DNA of 64,000 nt from an uncultured Pseudomonadota bacterium (GTDB lineage Bacteria; Pseudomonadota; Gammaproteobacteria; Xanthomonadales; Rhodanobacteraceae): NCBI GenBank assembly GCA_963711075.1, contig CAVQCW010000008.1, positions 37,136 through 101,135 of the forward strand, written 5' to 3'. This document shows, in pieces, positions 7,087 through 17,535 of the stretch; position 1 is the first letter of the stretch, and each line of letters opens with the position of its first letter. The translations under genes were made by a program, and so were the position numbers. The notes under the pieces are model-generated. The model searched no databases and had not been told where the DNA came from. It saw only the letters and a program-made list of their open reading frames with translations.

Positions 7087-9990
7087 TCAGCCGCCAGGAG
7101 CGAAGTTCACGGTCGACTGGCCCCCCTGCAATGCGGCGTTCGGATCAACGACCAGCGGGTGGTAGCTGCCGGTGAGCCAGAGCAGCAATTGGCTGGCGTA
7201 GTTGGGATCGCCGAGCACGGCGCTTTCGCCGCCGGGAATCACTTCGACCGCCTTGATCGGTGTATCCATCTCGCCGACGAAGCGACGACCCGGTGCGGTC
7301 GCACCGCTGAACATGAAGTCGTTGACGCTGCTCACGCGCAATGCACCGCCGCCGGGATTCACCGTTTCGAAACCGCTGTCGCGCGCCAGCCCCGGCAGGT
7401 CCGGTGCCAGATCGGTGAAACCATACGGATTCGGCCCCGGGATGTTGAATGGTCCGCCGAGCGGATGTTCGAGCACGAAACGATGCAACGCACCCCAGTG
7501 ATAATCGGCCTGATCGGTGGAGTTGCCGAATGCCGGCGCGAATGCATCGCTGGAAAGCTGATTCAAGCCATCCTGCAAACTTTTCAGCAGCACATAATCG
7601 CGCGCGGAAGCCGGATCCGGCGCGCCGGGAACATTGAAGAAATTGATCCCCGATGCACCGTGTCCGCCCAGTACGGGAAATGCGTCGAGCAGAAATTTCA
7701 AACTCGTGTAGGCGCTGTCGCCACCAGGCAGATAATTGCCCAAACCGTACTGGGTCAAGGTCGCATCGACGACGTTCTTGATCGCATTGCTGCGCCACAT
7801 GTAAAACTCCGTGGCCGCGACACTGTTGTCCAAACGTCCCTGCGTTGGCGTCGATCCCGGTGCGACACCGGCGTCGAAGCCTTGGGCCAGACCGGTCGGC
7901 GTTGATAGATTCCAATCCGTCAGGCGCGAAATCGCCTCGGTGATTTGCGGATCGTCGGCGAGTTGTTGCAGCGGGCCCCAGGCACCGCCCGCCGACGCAT
8001 TCTGGTAGGCGGCGAGCAAATACGGCAGCAGCAATTCTGCGTCGACCGGCTGATTGTTCAGTTGCACGTTTTCAATGTCGGTCATCGTGATCTTGTGGCC
8101 TGCGGCGATCATCGACGACAACAGGCGGTCGATACGACCCATGCGATAGGAGCTGTAGCCGAAGTTCAGATAATAGATCCCGCCACCAGGACGCAATTGA
8201 TTGAACGGATTGTTGTCCAGGGTCACGCCAATCGGATCGTTGTTGGCATTGGCAAAGTAACCCGTGGACGGATTGATTGCATGCGGCATTTCCGATGCCG
8301 GCATGATTTCGAACGGCGTGGCCTGGTTGGGTTGCGGATGCGTCACCGGCAGCCAGTCGTTGTGCGCCTGGCCTGAACCGTCGCGGATGAAGAACGGGGG
8401 TGATCCGAGGTAACCGCCATAATTCTGCAAGTCGTCGCGTATCGGATTTTCTGCACTGGTGAAATACGCGATATTGCCGGCCGTATCCGAATAGGCGAAG
8501 TTCTGCGAGCCGAAGTCAAAATAGGTCAGCGCGTTCTGGAAATCGCCGATGTTCTGCGCGCGATTGATCAGCTTGAACGCCTTGAGTTCCTTGGTCGGAC
8601 CCCAACCGGTATAGGCAATCGACAGACCACAGGCATAGGCCGGGCTGGTCTGCTGGCCGGTGATCTCGCAATTCCCGGGGTTGTCGATCTCGACCACCGG
8701 GCCGTTATTGCGACGCGGCACGATTATCGTGACGGCGCCGTTGGTGTAGCCGAGCGAATTGTCGCGCGCGATGTCGTCGGTATGACCGGGCGACATCTGG
8801 TTGACGTAGTAGCTCTGGAACACCCATTGCACCGGTTCGGTCTGCCCGTTGTGCACGATCGCCGTGGGCAACCCGTAACTGTTCACGGTGAAGGTTTCCA
8901 GGTAGGTATCGGTTACATCCATCGGATTGACCGTGCTGCCCCAGCAGATATTGCTGTTGCAACCCTGAATGATGCCGGGCGCGCCGGGCACGCTGACGCC
9001 GGTCGCATTGAGACCGTCGGAGGAAATCAGGTGCATCTCGATGAAAATCGGCGGCAACGCGAGGGTCAGATGCGGATCGTTGGCAATGATCGGCTTACCC
9101 GAAGCGGTAACCGCGCCGCTGACGGCGAACTCGTTGCTGCCACCACGCCCCATGCGCGGATGCAGGGTCGGCGCGATGAACGGATTGTTCGCGATCCGGT
9201 CGCGATATTGCCTGGCGAGCTTGAGCGCGAGCGGATTGATGTGCAAGGAACCCGTTCCGGGCGCGAGCGCCTTGGTCTGTGCCGATGTTCCAGCAGACGG
9301 ATCGAAGCCCGGCAGGGTCACATGATCGTCGGGCGGCGCGAAGCGATGCGTATCGCCAAAGAACAATGCGTCGCCATCGATGTTCGCGGCAGCGGCAGCC
9401 TGACTGTAGGCGGCGTAATCAATGGTGTTGTCGATATCCAGATCGAACGAGAGCTGGAACGCGAGACCCTTGCCGATCACGACCGAATCCACCGGCGACC
9501 ATGGCTGCGCACGGGTCAACATCAACGCGCCATATTCCGGCGGCAACGATTGCGTCTGCAGCCAGAAATTCACCCCATTCGAATAGGCCTGCAGCCAACC
9601 GCGGGTATCATCGTCCAGAGCTTTCCAGCTTGCCCATGCTGCCCGACGCAAACCCAGCGTGCGCGTTTGCACGTCGCTGGACAGCGCGCCGGCACCAACC
9701 AGTTCGGCCAACGTTCCGCTGGCGGCGCGGCGCGAGAAGTCCATCTCGAAGAAGCGCGCCTTCGCTTGCGCATAACCCTGCAGAAATGCGGCATCGTTTT
9801 CGGTGGCCGCCTTGATGGTCGGAGTGCCCAGTGCATCGTAGGAAATCGAACCGGGCGCCGACAATCCCGGCGCGCTGATGGTTTGCGCCGCAAGCGGTAA
9901 CGCGGTGATGGCGATTGCCGCGCCAACAAATTGGCACAGCACGAAAACAAAACGATTGCTGCGGCGAACGCCGCGAATGACGAAACGCAT
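7087..9990 (-). CDS. Penicillin acylase family protein (peptidase S45, Ntn-hydrolase)
   Basis: Signal peptide, then the Ntn nucleophile context GRGGSNEFAVSG. Length and conserved blocks are typical of S45 acylases. The start is set at MRFVIRG (9990). Confidence 0.85.
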   Translation of the reverse strand: MRFVIRGVRRSNRFVFVLCQFVGAAIAITALPLAAQTISAPGLSAPGSISYDALGTPTIKAATENDAAFLQGYAQAKARFFEMDFSRRAASGTLAELVGAGALSSDVQTRTLGLRRAAWASWKALDDDTRGWLQAYSNGVNFWLQTQSLPPEYGALMLTRAQPWSPVDSVVIGKGLAFQLSFDLDIDNTIDYAAYSQAAAAANIDGDALFFGDTHRFAPPDDHVTLPGFDPSAGTSAQTKALAPGTGSLHINPLALKLARQYRDRIANNPFIAPTLHPRMGRGGSNEFAVSGAVTASGKPIIANDPHLTLALPPIFIEMHLISSDGLNATGVSVPGAPGIIQGCNSNICWGSTVNPMDVTDTYLETFTVNSYGLPTAIVHNGQTEPVQWVFQSYYVNQMSPGHTDDIARDNSLGYTNGAVTIIVPRRNNGPVVEIDNPGNCEITGQQTSPAYACGLSIAYTGWGPTKELKAFKLINRAQNIGDFQNALTYFDFGSQNFAYSDTAGNIAYFTSAENPIRDDLQNYGGYLGSPPFFIRDGSGQAHNDWLPVTHPQPNQATPFEIMPASEMPHAINPSTGYFANANNDPIGVTLDNNPFNQLRPGGGIYYLNFGYSSYRMGRIDRLLSSMIAAGHKITMTDIENVQLNNQPVDAELLLPYLLAAYQNASAGGAWGPLQQLADDPQITEAISRLTDWNLSTPTGLAQGFDAGVAPGSTPTQGRLDNSVAATEFYMWRSNAIKNVVDATLTQYGLGNYLPGGDSAYTSLKFLLDAFPVLGGHGASGINFFNVPGAPDPASARDYVLLKSLQDGLNQLSSDAFAPAFGNSTDQADYHWGALHRFVLEHPLGGPFNIPGPNPYGFTDLAPDLPGLARDSGFETVNPGGGALRVSSVNDFMFSGATAPGRRFVGEMDTPIKAVEVIPGGESAVLGDPNYASQLLLWLTGSYHPLVVDPNAALQGGQSTVNFAPGG

Positions 9991-10119
9991 GATCTGCCCC
10001 TCCCAAGGTTCGAATCGCACGGCGCCAAACAAACGCCCGTTCGATTTCGATTATGCGCCGAAGTGCCGGTCAGGCAAAGGGGTGTAGAACGACTTGCAAG
10101 AAACGCGCGGAACGGGACG

Positions 10120-10497
10120 CTACCGCCGCGCAAGTGCCAAACCCAGGCTGAGCCAGCCTACGATCAGGCAAAGCCCGCCAAGCGGAGTGATCGCGCCGAT
10201 CATGTGCGGCGCACCCAGCGCCAACGCATACAAGCTGCCGCAAAAGGCGATGATTCCGGCAACGAATGCGATGGCGGCAATGCGCCAGAGTGGCGACATC
10301 GACTCACCGGCAAGCGCTGCGATCGCCAGCAGCGCTAGAACGTGCCAGAACTGGTACTCGACTGCCGTGTGCCAGACCTGCATCGAGGTCGGGTCGAGCT
10401 TTCCGCGTAGTGCGTGAGCGCCGAAAGCGCCGAAAACGACTGCCGCAGCGCCAAAAATCGCTGCGACAGACGCTATTTCACGCACCCCGGAGCGCAT
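10120..10497 (-). CDS. DUF423 family membrane protein
   Basis: 125 aa, four TM helices, characteristic FGAFGAH...YQ..H motif. Confidence 0.8.
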   Translation of the reverse strand: MRSGVREIASVAAIFGAAAVVFGAFGAHALRGKLDPTSMQVWHTAVEYQFWHVLALLAIAALAGESMSPLWRIAAIAFVAGIIAFCGSLYALALGAPHMIGAITPLGGLCLIVGWLSLGLALARR

Positions 10498-11772
10498 CTA
10501 CTTGTGGGTTTTGTGCGATGACTTTTTCACGTGCTTTTCCGACTTTTTCTTTTCCGGCAGCGGTTTGAGCATGTCGTCCATGGTTTTGGTCATGTCCGTG
10601 TATTTGTAGTTCGGCAGCGTGAAGCTCCAGCCGGAAAACGTCTTGTTCAACCCGGCAACTTCGGTATTCAACGCAGCGAGCTTCTGCTGCCGGTCCCTGG
10701 CCGGATCGCTCAGCGCCATCGGCTTGGCAATTTGCGCGGCCGATGCGGCTTTGGCATTGGCTTGAGCCTGCTCACCCGTCGTCGATTTCTCGTCAGCGAC
10801 TTTCTGGTTGGCCTGTTTCACGGCAATCTCGTAATCCGCCTTGGCCTTGGCCTGCGCGGCGTCGATGTCGGCATTGGCGACAGTCGCGTCAAGCGATGCC
10901 GTGAACTGCGCATAGTTCTTGCCGCCATTTTCCCAACCGGTCGCGACGATGGTCAGGCCGTCAAACGCGGTGTATTTCGCCTTGACCGCCTTGTCTGACG
11001 GTTTTTGGTCACTCGCCGGAAACACATCGTCTGCCTTGAGATTCGCGAGTACGGAGGCCAGTTCGTTGGCGACGAATTCGGAACTGACTTCACGACCCTT
11101 CGGCACATCAGCCACCTTGAAATTCGTATCGCCTGCTGCGTCTTTATATACTTTCAGCGATTTGCCGTCGGCCGCGGTCAACTCGACGGACTTCAAGCGA
11201 CTCGATGGAATGTCCGCAAGATCGCGTTTTTCCCAGTCGCTGACGTTCCTGGCGACGGTCAAATTGCCGTTCGCCAACCAGCTTTGAGGCTCGCCGACGC
11301 GACGCACGAACGTGCCGCCACCGCCGCTGCCGTTGTAGTTGCCGATGATCAGCTTGATGGGCGGGGTCAGGCCACCGAGCTCCACCCGGACACCCGTGGC
11401 ACCTTTGTCTTTCACGTCGTCGACGCCGAGCTTCGGATACAGTTTCGGACTGGCCGTCTTGGCTTCGATCAACGTTGCCTGATCGAGCTTGATCAGGAAT
11501 TCGCGAATCTTCGCCAGATCCGCCGGGTAGCCGGATTTCTCGGCAACACCCCAGCCGTCCTTGTCGCGTTTGAGCGTGACCAGCACCTTGTCTCCGGCAC
11601 CGGTCAACGTGATGTTGTCCACGTCATTGACGTGCGCATGCAGTTGCGGCAGCAGCGCCTTGTCCCGCGCAGCGACATTGGTCTGCGGCTTGTTTGATGA
11701 GTTGATCAGCCACGCGGCAATCAGGGCCAAAACGGCCACGCCGACCAGAACGAACAGTTTCTTGGCATTCAT
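10498..11772 (-). CDS. DUF4340-like periplasmic protein anchored by an N-terminal TM helix
   Basis: Its position directly downstream of a GldG-like gene is the usual context for DUF4340. It has an N-terminal anchor and a Lys-rich tail. Confidence 0.6.
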   Translation of the reverse strand: MNAKKLFVLVGVAVLALIAAWLINSSNKPQTNVAARDKALLPQLHAHVNDVDNITLTGAGDKVLVTLKRDKDGWGVAEKSGYPADLAKIREFLIKLDQATLIEAKTASPKLYPKLGVDDVKDKGATGVRVELGGLTPPIKLIIGNYNGSGGGGTFVRRVGEPQSWLANGNLTVARNVSDWEKRDLADIPSSRLKSVELTAADGKSLKVYKDAAGDTNFKVADVPKGREVSSEFVANELASVLANLKADDVFPASDQKPSDKAVKAKYTAFDGLTIVATGWENGGKNYAQFTASLDATVANADIDAAQAKAKADYEIAVKQANQKVADEKSTTGEQAQANAKAASAAQIAKPMALSDPARDRQQKLAALNTEVAGLNKTFSGWSFTLPNYKYTDMTKTMDDMLKPLPEKKKSEKHVKKSSHKTHK

Positions 11773-11782
11773 CGCAATATCC

Positions 11783-13636
11783 TCAGGCGCTTCGACGACG
11801 ACGCTTCCACGCCGCGAACAGCAGCGCAGCTATCGTGATAAGGACAGGCATCAACGCGATATTGATGAACTTCAAGCGTGTGCCCAGTGCATTGATGTTT
11901 TCGTCGAGGCGGTGCCGTACTTCGCGCAATTGCTTGCGGATTGCAACCTTCTTGTCGAGGAAGCTCTGCAACTCGGTTTGCTGTTGCGGCGAAAGGATCA
12001 TTTCGCTGCCTTTGCTCTTGCCGCTTTGCAACTGCGTGAGTTTTTGCTCGGTATCCTTGAGTTGCTGTTGCAATTCCTGTTCCTTGCCGCGGAAATTGTC
12101 CTCGGCGGCGCGCTTCATGTCCTCGACCCGGGTGAACGGGCGTTGCGAGGTGGCGCGACCACGGATCGAAATCAGGTCCGACGAACCGGTGAGGTTGTCC
12201 ACCGCGTTGATGAAGAAGTCGCCGTTGTTGGCAAACGCATTCATCAGCTTCTGGCCGAAGAACGGCTGAATCTGCACCCACAACCGATCGGTGAGCATGT
12301 CGGTGTCGCCGACGAGAATGATCTCACCCGGTTTCGCCGATTCGGCCAGGTGACCTGCATCCTTGCGATCCGGAAACGCGCTGGCAAATTTTCCTTCCAG
12401 ACGCCCGGCAATCACATAGCTTTGCTTCGTCGGTTGGTATCCGGCGAGCAACTGGCTTGGATCGGGCAGGAACTTCACCCGCTGCGTCGGCACCACCATC
12501 GAATCGCTGCTGGTCTGGATCAGCGGCACGAGCTTGTTTTTCGAGTCTTTCGCCAGTTCAAAGAAACCTGCCGTCGAAACATTGATGCTGGCCAGATTCG
12601 CCGTCACCACGTCATCGGCGTTCAAATCGCGTTTGTCGAAGCCGAGAATGGCCGGATCGCGCACCGGCGGTGCGCCCTGGCTGATGCTGATCTGCAACGC
12701 ATGCTCGCGGTCGAGTACTACTTTGTTCGGGTCGTAGTTCACACCCCACGCCTTGAAAAGGCGTGGCAGGTTCGACGACTTGTCCGCGAACATCGCCGCC
12801 TGCGGGTTGTTCGGATCGGCGCCGGATTCATCGGATTCGGCATTCGGGTCGACGAATACGAGCAGGTGCCCACCGCGCATGACGAACTGGTCGATCGCGT
12901 AAGCCGCATCATCGCTCAACTTCTTCGGATGCACCAGCACCACCACGCCGATATCCTTGTCGATCGATTTGAGCGAGGCCGCATTCAACGTGCGCACATC
13001 GAACTGCTGCGTCAATTGCTGGTCGACCGCCCACGGATCTCGCATCGAACGCGTCTGCGGATTAAAGCCGGCGGCAATCGGCAAATCGGTCAGCAGGCCG
13101 ACTACGGGCTTCTTGGTTTCGGTCAACTCGTGGATCAGCTTGGCGACGTCGTATTCCAGGAACGCCTCCTTGTTCGGCTGCAAGAAAGGAATCACCGATT
13201 TGCCGTTGGTGGAATTGGTTCCGACCAAACCGAGGAAGACCTTGCTGCCGTCCGCGCCGGTCGGAACAGCCTGCAAGCCGTAACCGGTGGCTCGATCTTC
13301 GTCTTCCGAAAACGGTTGCGGATCGATGACTTCGAGTTTGATCTTGCCGTGCGCGCGCGACGCCATTTCCTGCAGCATCTCGCGCACGCGCTGCGCGTAG
13401 ACGCGCAGCTGCGGCAAGTCCTGCGATTCCTTGTCGGAATAGAAAAGATACAAGTGAATCGGCTCGTCGATGTCGCCGAGAATATTCTTCGTGCCTTGCG
13501 ACAACGTATACAAATGATTGCTGGTCAAATCCAGGCGTGCGCCGCGGAACAACGTGTTGCTGAGCAGAATCACCGCCACGAACGCGATGGCGAGTACTGC
13601 GAGTGCGCTGCCGGTCAGGAGTTTGCGGTTTGTCAT
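11783..13636 (-). CDS. GldG-family ABC-transporter auxiliary protein
   Basis: N- and C-terminal TM anchors around a large periplasmic domain with a coiled-coil near the C-terminus. It follows ABC-2 permease and ATPase genes. Confidence 0.75.
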   Translation of the reverse strand: MTNRKLLTGSALAVLAIAFVAVILLSNTLFRGARLDLTSNHLYTLSQGTKNILGDIDEPIHLYLFYSDKESQDLPQLRVYAQRVREMLQEMASRAHGKIKLEVIDPQPFSEDEDRATGYGLQAVPTGADGSKVFLGLVGTNSTNGKSVIPFLQPNKEAFLEYDVAKLIHELTETKKPVVGLLTDLPIAAGFNPQTRSMRDPWAVDQQLTQQFDVRTLNAASLKSIDKDIGVVVLVHPKKLSDDAAYAIDQFVMRGGHLLVFVDPNAESDESGADPNNPQAAMFADKSSNLPRLFKAWGVNYDPNKVVLDREHALQISISQGAPPVRDPAILGFDKRDLNADDVVTANLASINVSTAGFFELAKDSKNKLVPLIQTSSDSMVVPTQRVKFLPDPSQLLAGYQPTKQSYVIAGRLEGKFASAFPDRKDAGHLAESAKPGEIILVGDTDMLTDRLWVQIQPFFGQKLMNAFANNGDFFINAVDNLTGSSDLISIRGRATSQRPFTRVEDMKRAAEDNFRGKEQELQQQLKDTEQKLTQLQSGKSKGSEMILSPQQQTELQSFLDKKVAIRKQLREVRHRLDENINALGTRLKFINIALMPVLITIAALLFAAWKRRRRSA

Positions 13637-13642
13637 GGTGAG

Positions 13643-14377
13643 TTAGTCCGCCTTCTTTAGGTCGATAACCACGGCGCTGGCGTACAGCCAGAACGCGATG
13701 GTGAGCAGGAAGTAGACGACATCGCGCAATTCGATCACGCCTTTGCCGATCGACGAAAAATGAGTGAGGAAGCTCAGTCCCGAAATGGCGTCGACGAGAC
13801 CTTGCGGCGCCCAGGAACTGAAAAAATTCAGCACCAGCGGAAACCCCGCAAGCAAAAACCCGAAACAAACGACCGCCGTCAGGATAAATGCGATCACCTG
13901 ATTGCGCGTGCACGCCGAAATGCACGAACCGATCGCGAGAAAGGCGCCGGCCATGAGGAAGCTGCCGATGTAACTGGCAAAGATCACGCCGTTGTCCGGC
14001 GAGCCCAGGTAATTCACGGTGATCCAGATCGGAAATGTCAGCACCAGTGCGATGCCGATGAACGCCCAGGCCGCGAGAAACTTGCCGGCAACCGCCTGCC
14101 ACATCGTCAAGGGCAATGTCAGCAGCAGTTCAATCGTGCCGCTCTTGCGTTCCTCGGACCACAGGCGCATGCCGACGGCCGGCACCAGGAACAGGTAAAG
14201 CCACGGGTGGAAATTGAAGAATGGCAACAAGTCGGCCTGGCCACGCTCATAGAAATTGCCGAGATAGAACGTAAAGGTTCCGGCCAGCACCAGAAAAATG
14301 ACGATGAATACGTAGGCGACCGGGGTCGAGAAATAGCTCGAAAGTTCGCGCTTGAATACGGTGAGGATGTTGCTCAT
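13643..14377 (-). CDS. ABC-2 type transporter permease (GldF-like)
   Basis: 244 aa, six predicted TM helices. ATGA overlap with the upstream ATPase gene. Confidence 0.8.
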   Translation of the reverse strand: MSNILTVFKRELSSYFSTPVAYVFIVIFLVLAGTFTFYLGNFYERGQADLLPFFNFHPWLYLFLVPAVGMRLWSEERKSGTIELLLTLPLTMWQAVAGKFLAAWAFIGIALVLTFPIWITVNYLGSPDNGVIFASYIGSFLMAGAFLAIGSCISACTRNQVIAFILTAVVCFGFLLAGFPLVLNFFSSWAPQGLVDAISGLSFLTHFSSIGKGVIELRDVVYFLLTIAFWLYASAVVIDLKKAD

Positions 14378-15312
14378 GCGCGCGCCTCCGTCTCTGGTTC
14401 CCGGGTGATCGTGCGAAACACTTCATCAAGACGCCCGCTTTCCAATTGCAATTCACTGACCTGAATGTTCTGCGCCTTGAGCAAATCACTGATCGGGCCG
14501 AAAATCTGTTTCCCCGGTTTCGGGAACGCGGTAAGGCGATGGTCCTGCCGATCGATTTCGACAGCCGCAACATCGGCGACGCTCGACATCGCATCCTTGG
14601 CCGCTGCAACATTCGGCGTGGTCAAAGAAACCGCCTGGTGGTAGCGCGAACGGGCTTCGAGCTCGGCCGGCGTCGCATCGGCGAGAATTTTCCCGGAGGC
14701 AATGATGATTGCGCGCCCGCACACGGCATGGACTTCTTCGAGGATGTGCGTCGACACGATGATGGTCTTGTCTTTTGCCATCGTGTTGATCAGCGTGCGC
14801 ACTTCGTGTTTCTGATTCGGATCCAGGCCGTCGGTCGGCTCATCGAGTACCAGCACCGCCGGATCGTGCACGATCGCCTGTGCCAATCCGACGCGGCGCT
14901 TGAAACCCTTGGAAAGCGTTTCGATCGGTTGTTCCAGCACGCCATTCAGATGCAGGCGTTCGATCACGTCGTCGATTCGCTGCGTGCGCCGCGCGCCGCT
15001 CAGACCACGAACGTCGGCGACGAACTGCAGGAATTGTCGCGGCGTCATCTCGCCGTAACTCGGCGCGCCCTCAGGCAGATAGCCGACCACGCGCTTGGCC
15101 GCGATGGCATCGTCGACGACGTCATGGCCGCAGATGCTGGCACTGCCCGACGTGGGCGTCAGGAAGCCCGCAAGCACTTTCATCGTGGTGGACTTGCCCG
15201 CACCGTTGGGGCCGAGAAACCCGAGCACGCGCCCTGGCTCGAGTTTGAAGGAGATACCGTCGATGGCGGTCAGTTCGCCATAACGTTTCGTCAACTGTCG
15301 GGTTTCGATCAT
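14374..15312 (-). CDS. ABC transporter ATP-binding protein
   Basis: Walker A GPNGAGKST, signature LSKGFKRR, Walker B LVLDEPT. The start is set at MIETRQL (15312), not the extended ORF start. Confidence 0.92.
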   Translation of the reverse strand: MIETRQLTKRYGELTAIDGISFKLEPGRVLGFLGPNGAGKSTTMKVLAGFLTPTSGSASICGHDVVDDAIAAKRVVGYLPEGAPSYGEMTPRQFLQFVADVRGLSGARRTQRIDDVIERLHLNGVLEQPIETLSKGFKRRVGLAQAIVHDPAVLVLDEPTDGLDPNQKHEVRTLINTMAKDKTIIVSTHILEEVHAVCGRAIIIASGKILADATPAELEARSRYHQAVSLTTPNVAAAKDAMSSVADVAAVEIDRQDHRLTAFPKPGKQIFGPISDLLKAQNIQVSELQLESGRLDEVFRTITREPETEARA

Positions 15313-15539
15313 GCTCAGTTCACCGATTGCGATTGGGTTGTGTTGATGCGGATGCGAAAAGCGGCGCTTGGTCGCCAAGCGTCGGCGCGCCGACGCCGAG
15401 CTGATAAATTCGATTTTCAGCGGACGGACGGCGCGAAAAATTCCCAAGTGCCGGGGGAAATACCACAAACCAACGGAAAAGTTCCCCACGCAAACAAGAA
15501 AGGCGGCTTGCGCCGCCCATCTCGGAGGTTCCGTCGGCG

Positions 15540-16601
15540 TTACTGTGTCTGGGTCTGGATCGGCAGAAACACGCTATAGGTTTGTTGATCCGGAGCCGCG
15601 TTGGGATCGGTCGTGGTGTTTTCGTCGAAGAATCGACCGTTGCCTTCCGAGCTCTCGTCGAACACGTAACCGTGAGTGTAGGCATATGCCTTCAGCATCA
15701 GTCGCGCCACCGGCAATTGCACCGCCGTGCCCGTGAACGAGGTGACCAGCGCCTTGCCACCATAACCGGTTGCGAGCTTGACCGGATCGGCTACCGTCGC
15801 ATCGGCGTTTTCGATGGGCAGAGCGACATCGAAATCATAATTCTCGTCGCCCCAGTTGGTAGTGATGATCCGCGCCGGGCCGGTGACATTGAGCTTGGCT
15901 TTCTTGACTGCCGCATTCAACAGTTCCTTGGCCTTGTCCTGGGCGTCGGCGACGTCGTCCAGATTACGCCTGGCTGTCGTCGATATGTAAATCATCGGCA
16001 CGGCCGCGACGTCCTGAATCTCGATGTTCTGGTCCGAATAATCCACGTTCGGAAACGTGGCCAGCATGTTCTGCAAACGGGTCAACTGGATCTGGATCTG
16101 GGTCGCCGGTTCGCCTTGCAGATACAGGCCGGAAATACGTGCAATCAGGTCCCAGCCGTAATCGACGTCGTATCCCATCGTCACCTTGACGGTCTTGCCA
16201 TTCTCCGAAGGTTCGATGTTGATGGTGAAATTCTTGTTGCGGCCCATCCAGCTGTTTTGTACGTCCCAGGTGATGGAGCGATCCTGCTGTGGCGCGGGAT
16301 TGTCCGCAATCGTCAAGCTGCCGTTTCCGACTCGGTCGTCGTTGCTGTACCAGTTGAGTTTGGCGCCCGGGCCCATGGCCGGACCTTCGTAGGTCATCTG
16401 TGCTTTCGGGTCGTAGACCTGAAACGGATTCCACGAAGGGTAGGTGTGAAAGCCGTCCACGACGTCGAATACCAGACGCGCCGGGGAACTGACCACAACC
16501 GAACGATCGACATGTCGGTGATCGGGCTGAGCGATAGCAAAAAACACGCCCAGGATCAGGACGATGACGATGGCAACAAGCAGCTCAAACAGACGGGTCA
16601 T
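15540..16601 (-). CDS. Membrane-anchored SRPBCC-family protein with a C-terminal GyrI-like effector-binding-type domain
   Basis: N-terminal TM helix. The SRPBCC-like block is VFDVVDGFHTYPSWNPF. Assignment is by pattern only. Confidence 0.5.
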   Translation of the reverse strand: MTRLFELLVAIVIVLILGVFFAIAQPDHRHVDRSVVVSSPARLVFDVVDGFHTYPSWNPFQVYDPKAQMTYEGPAMGPGAKLNWYSNDDRVGNGSLTIADNPAPQQDRSITWDVQNSWMGRNKNFTINIEPSENGKTVKVTMGYDVDYGWDLIARISGLYLQGEPATQIQIQLTRLQNMLATFPNVDYSDQNIEIQDVAAVPMIYISTTARRNLDDVADAQDKAKELLNAAVKKAKLNVTGPARIITTNWGDENYDFDVALPIENADATVADPVKLATGYGGKALVTSFTGTAVQLPVARLMLKAYAYTHGYVFDESSEGNGRFFDENTTTDPNAAPDQQTYSVFLPIQTQTQ

Positions 16602-16878
16602 TCCACGAATCTCCGAGATGACATTGATCTTTTACGCCAGTCCCCAGGCGCAGTGACAGTACATGATACGTGTTTCAGGCGATTTTGGGCACTTCCAGGC
16701 CCGAACACGACGCATGACGCCGAATGTTACTTGCTCGGCTGCGCGAACGCCATGGGAAACAGACAAGCAGGCTTGTGGCTGGCGGCTTTGCGCAGCATAC
16801 GCCCGTCGCCCCTGCGCAGGCACGAATGACGGACTCCGATCGATTTCCGATTGACCCGATTCCCTGTCTCCTCGCCCC

Positions 16879-17535
16879 TCAAACAATGCCCAGCTCGAAC
16901 GCCTTGAGCACAGCCCGGGTTCGGTCGCGCACCCCGAGCTTGGACAGGATATTGGAAACGTGATTCTTGACCGTGCCTTCTGCCACGCCCAGCGAATTGG
17001 CGATTTCCTTGTTGCTGTAGCCGCCTGCCATCAGGCGCAGGATTTCGGTTTCACGCTCGGTCAGCGGATCCGGCCGATCCAGGCTGGTAAAGTCGTTGTG
17101 CATGCGTTGCAGGCCGGAAAGCAATCGCTGGGTTACCACCGGTGCCACCAGCGAACCGCCGCCGGCAACGGTTTTCACCGCGTCGACCAGTTGTTCCAGC
17201 GACACATCCTTGAGCAAATAACCGCGCGCGCCCGCCTTGAGTCCGGCCAGCACCAATTGATCGTCGTCGAACGTGGTCAGGATTATCGTCGGCGGCAACG
17301 CATCATTTGCCGCCAGCGCGTTGAGCACGTCGAGGCCCGACATTCCCGGCATGCGCATATCAAGCAGAACGACATCCGGACCGATCTGCGGAATGATCTC
17401 CACCGCCTGCGCACCGTCGCCGGCTTCACCGGCGACATGGATATCGTCTGCCAGTTCCAGCAATGAGCGTATGCCCTGGCGGACCAGCGTCTGGTCGTCG
17501 ACCAGACAAACCGAAATCGTTTTTGCATCCGTCAT
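16879..17535 (-). CDS. NarL/FixJ (LuxR-type HTH) response regulator
   Basis: Receiver motifs (VDDQ, VVLLDMRMPGMSG, phospho-acceptor D) and a C-terminal LuxR HTH (LTERETEILRLMAGGYSNKEIANSLGVAEGTVKNHV). ATGA overlap with the kinase gene. Confidence 0.92.
   Translation of the reverse strand: MTDAKTISVCLVDDQTLVRQGIRSLLELADDIHVAGEAGDGAQAVEIIPQIGPDVVLLDMRMPGMSGLDVLNALAANDALPPTIILTTFDDDQLVLAGLKAGARGYLLKDVSLEQLVDAVKTVAGGGSLVAPVVTQRLLSGLQRMHNDFTSLDRPDPLTERETEILRLMAGGYSNKEIANSLGVAEGTVKNHVSNILSKLGVRDRTRAVLKAFELGIV

Noticed and set aside
10003-10022. A tRNA-like T-loop string (aaggttcgaatcgcac).
   Set aside because: The flanking bases cannot form a T-stem (caagg vs cgcac), and no acceptor or anticodon arms are present. 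It lies in the leader just upstream of the acylase start codon.
11561-13660. 699-aa plus-strand ORF opposite the GldG-like gene. The similar long antisense ORFs 33698-35350, 36974-37726, 39513-41267, 41780-43252, 29118-30425, 30445-31923 and 55779-57152 belong to the same class.
   Set aside because: Each lies opposite a gene with unambiguous family motifs (GldG, kinase, RND, MFP, Hyf-like, beta-helix). Their compositions are dominated by R, A, G, H, Q and D, and they have no start-site signals.
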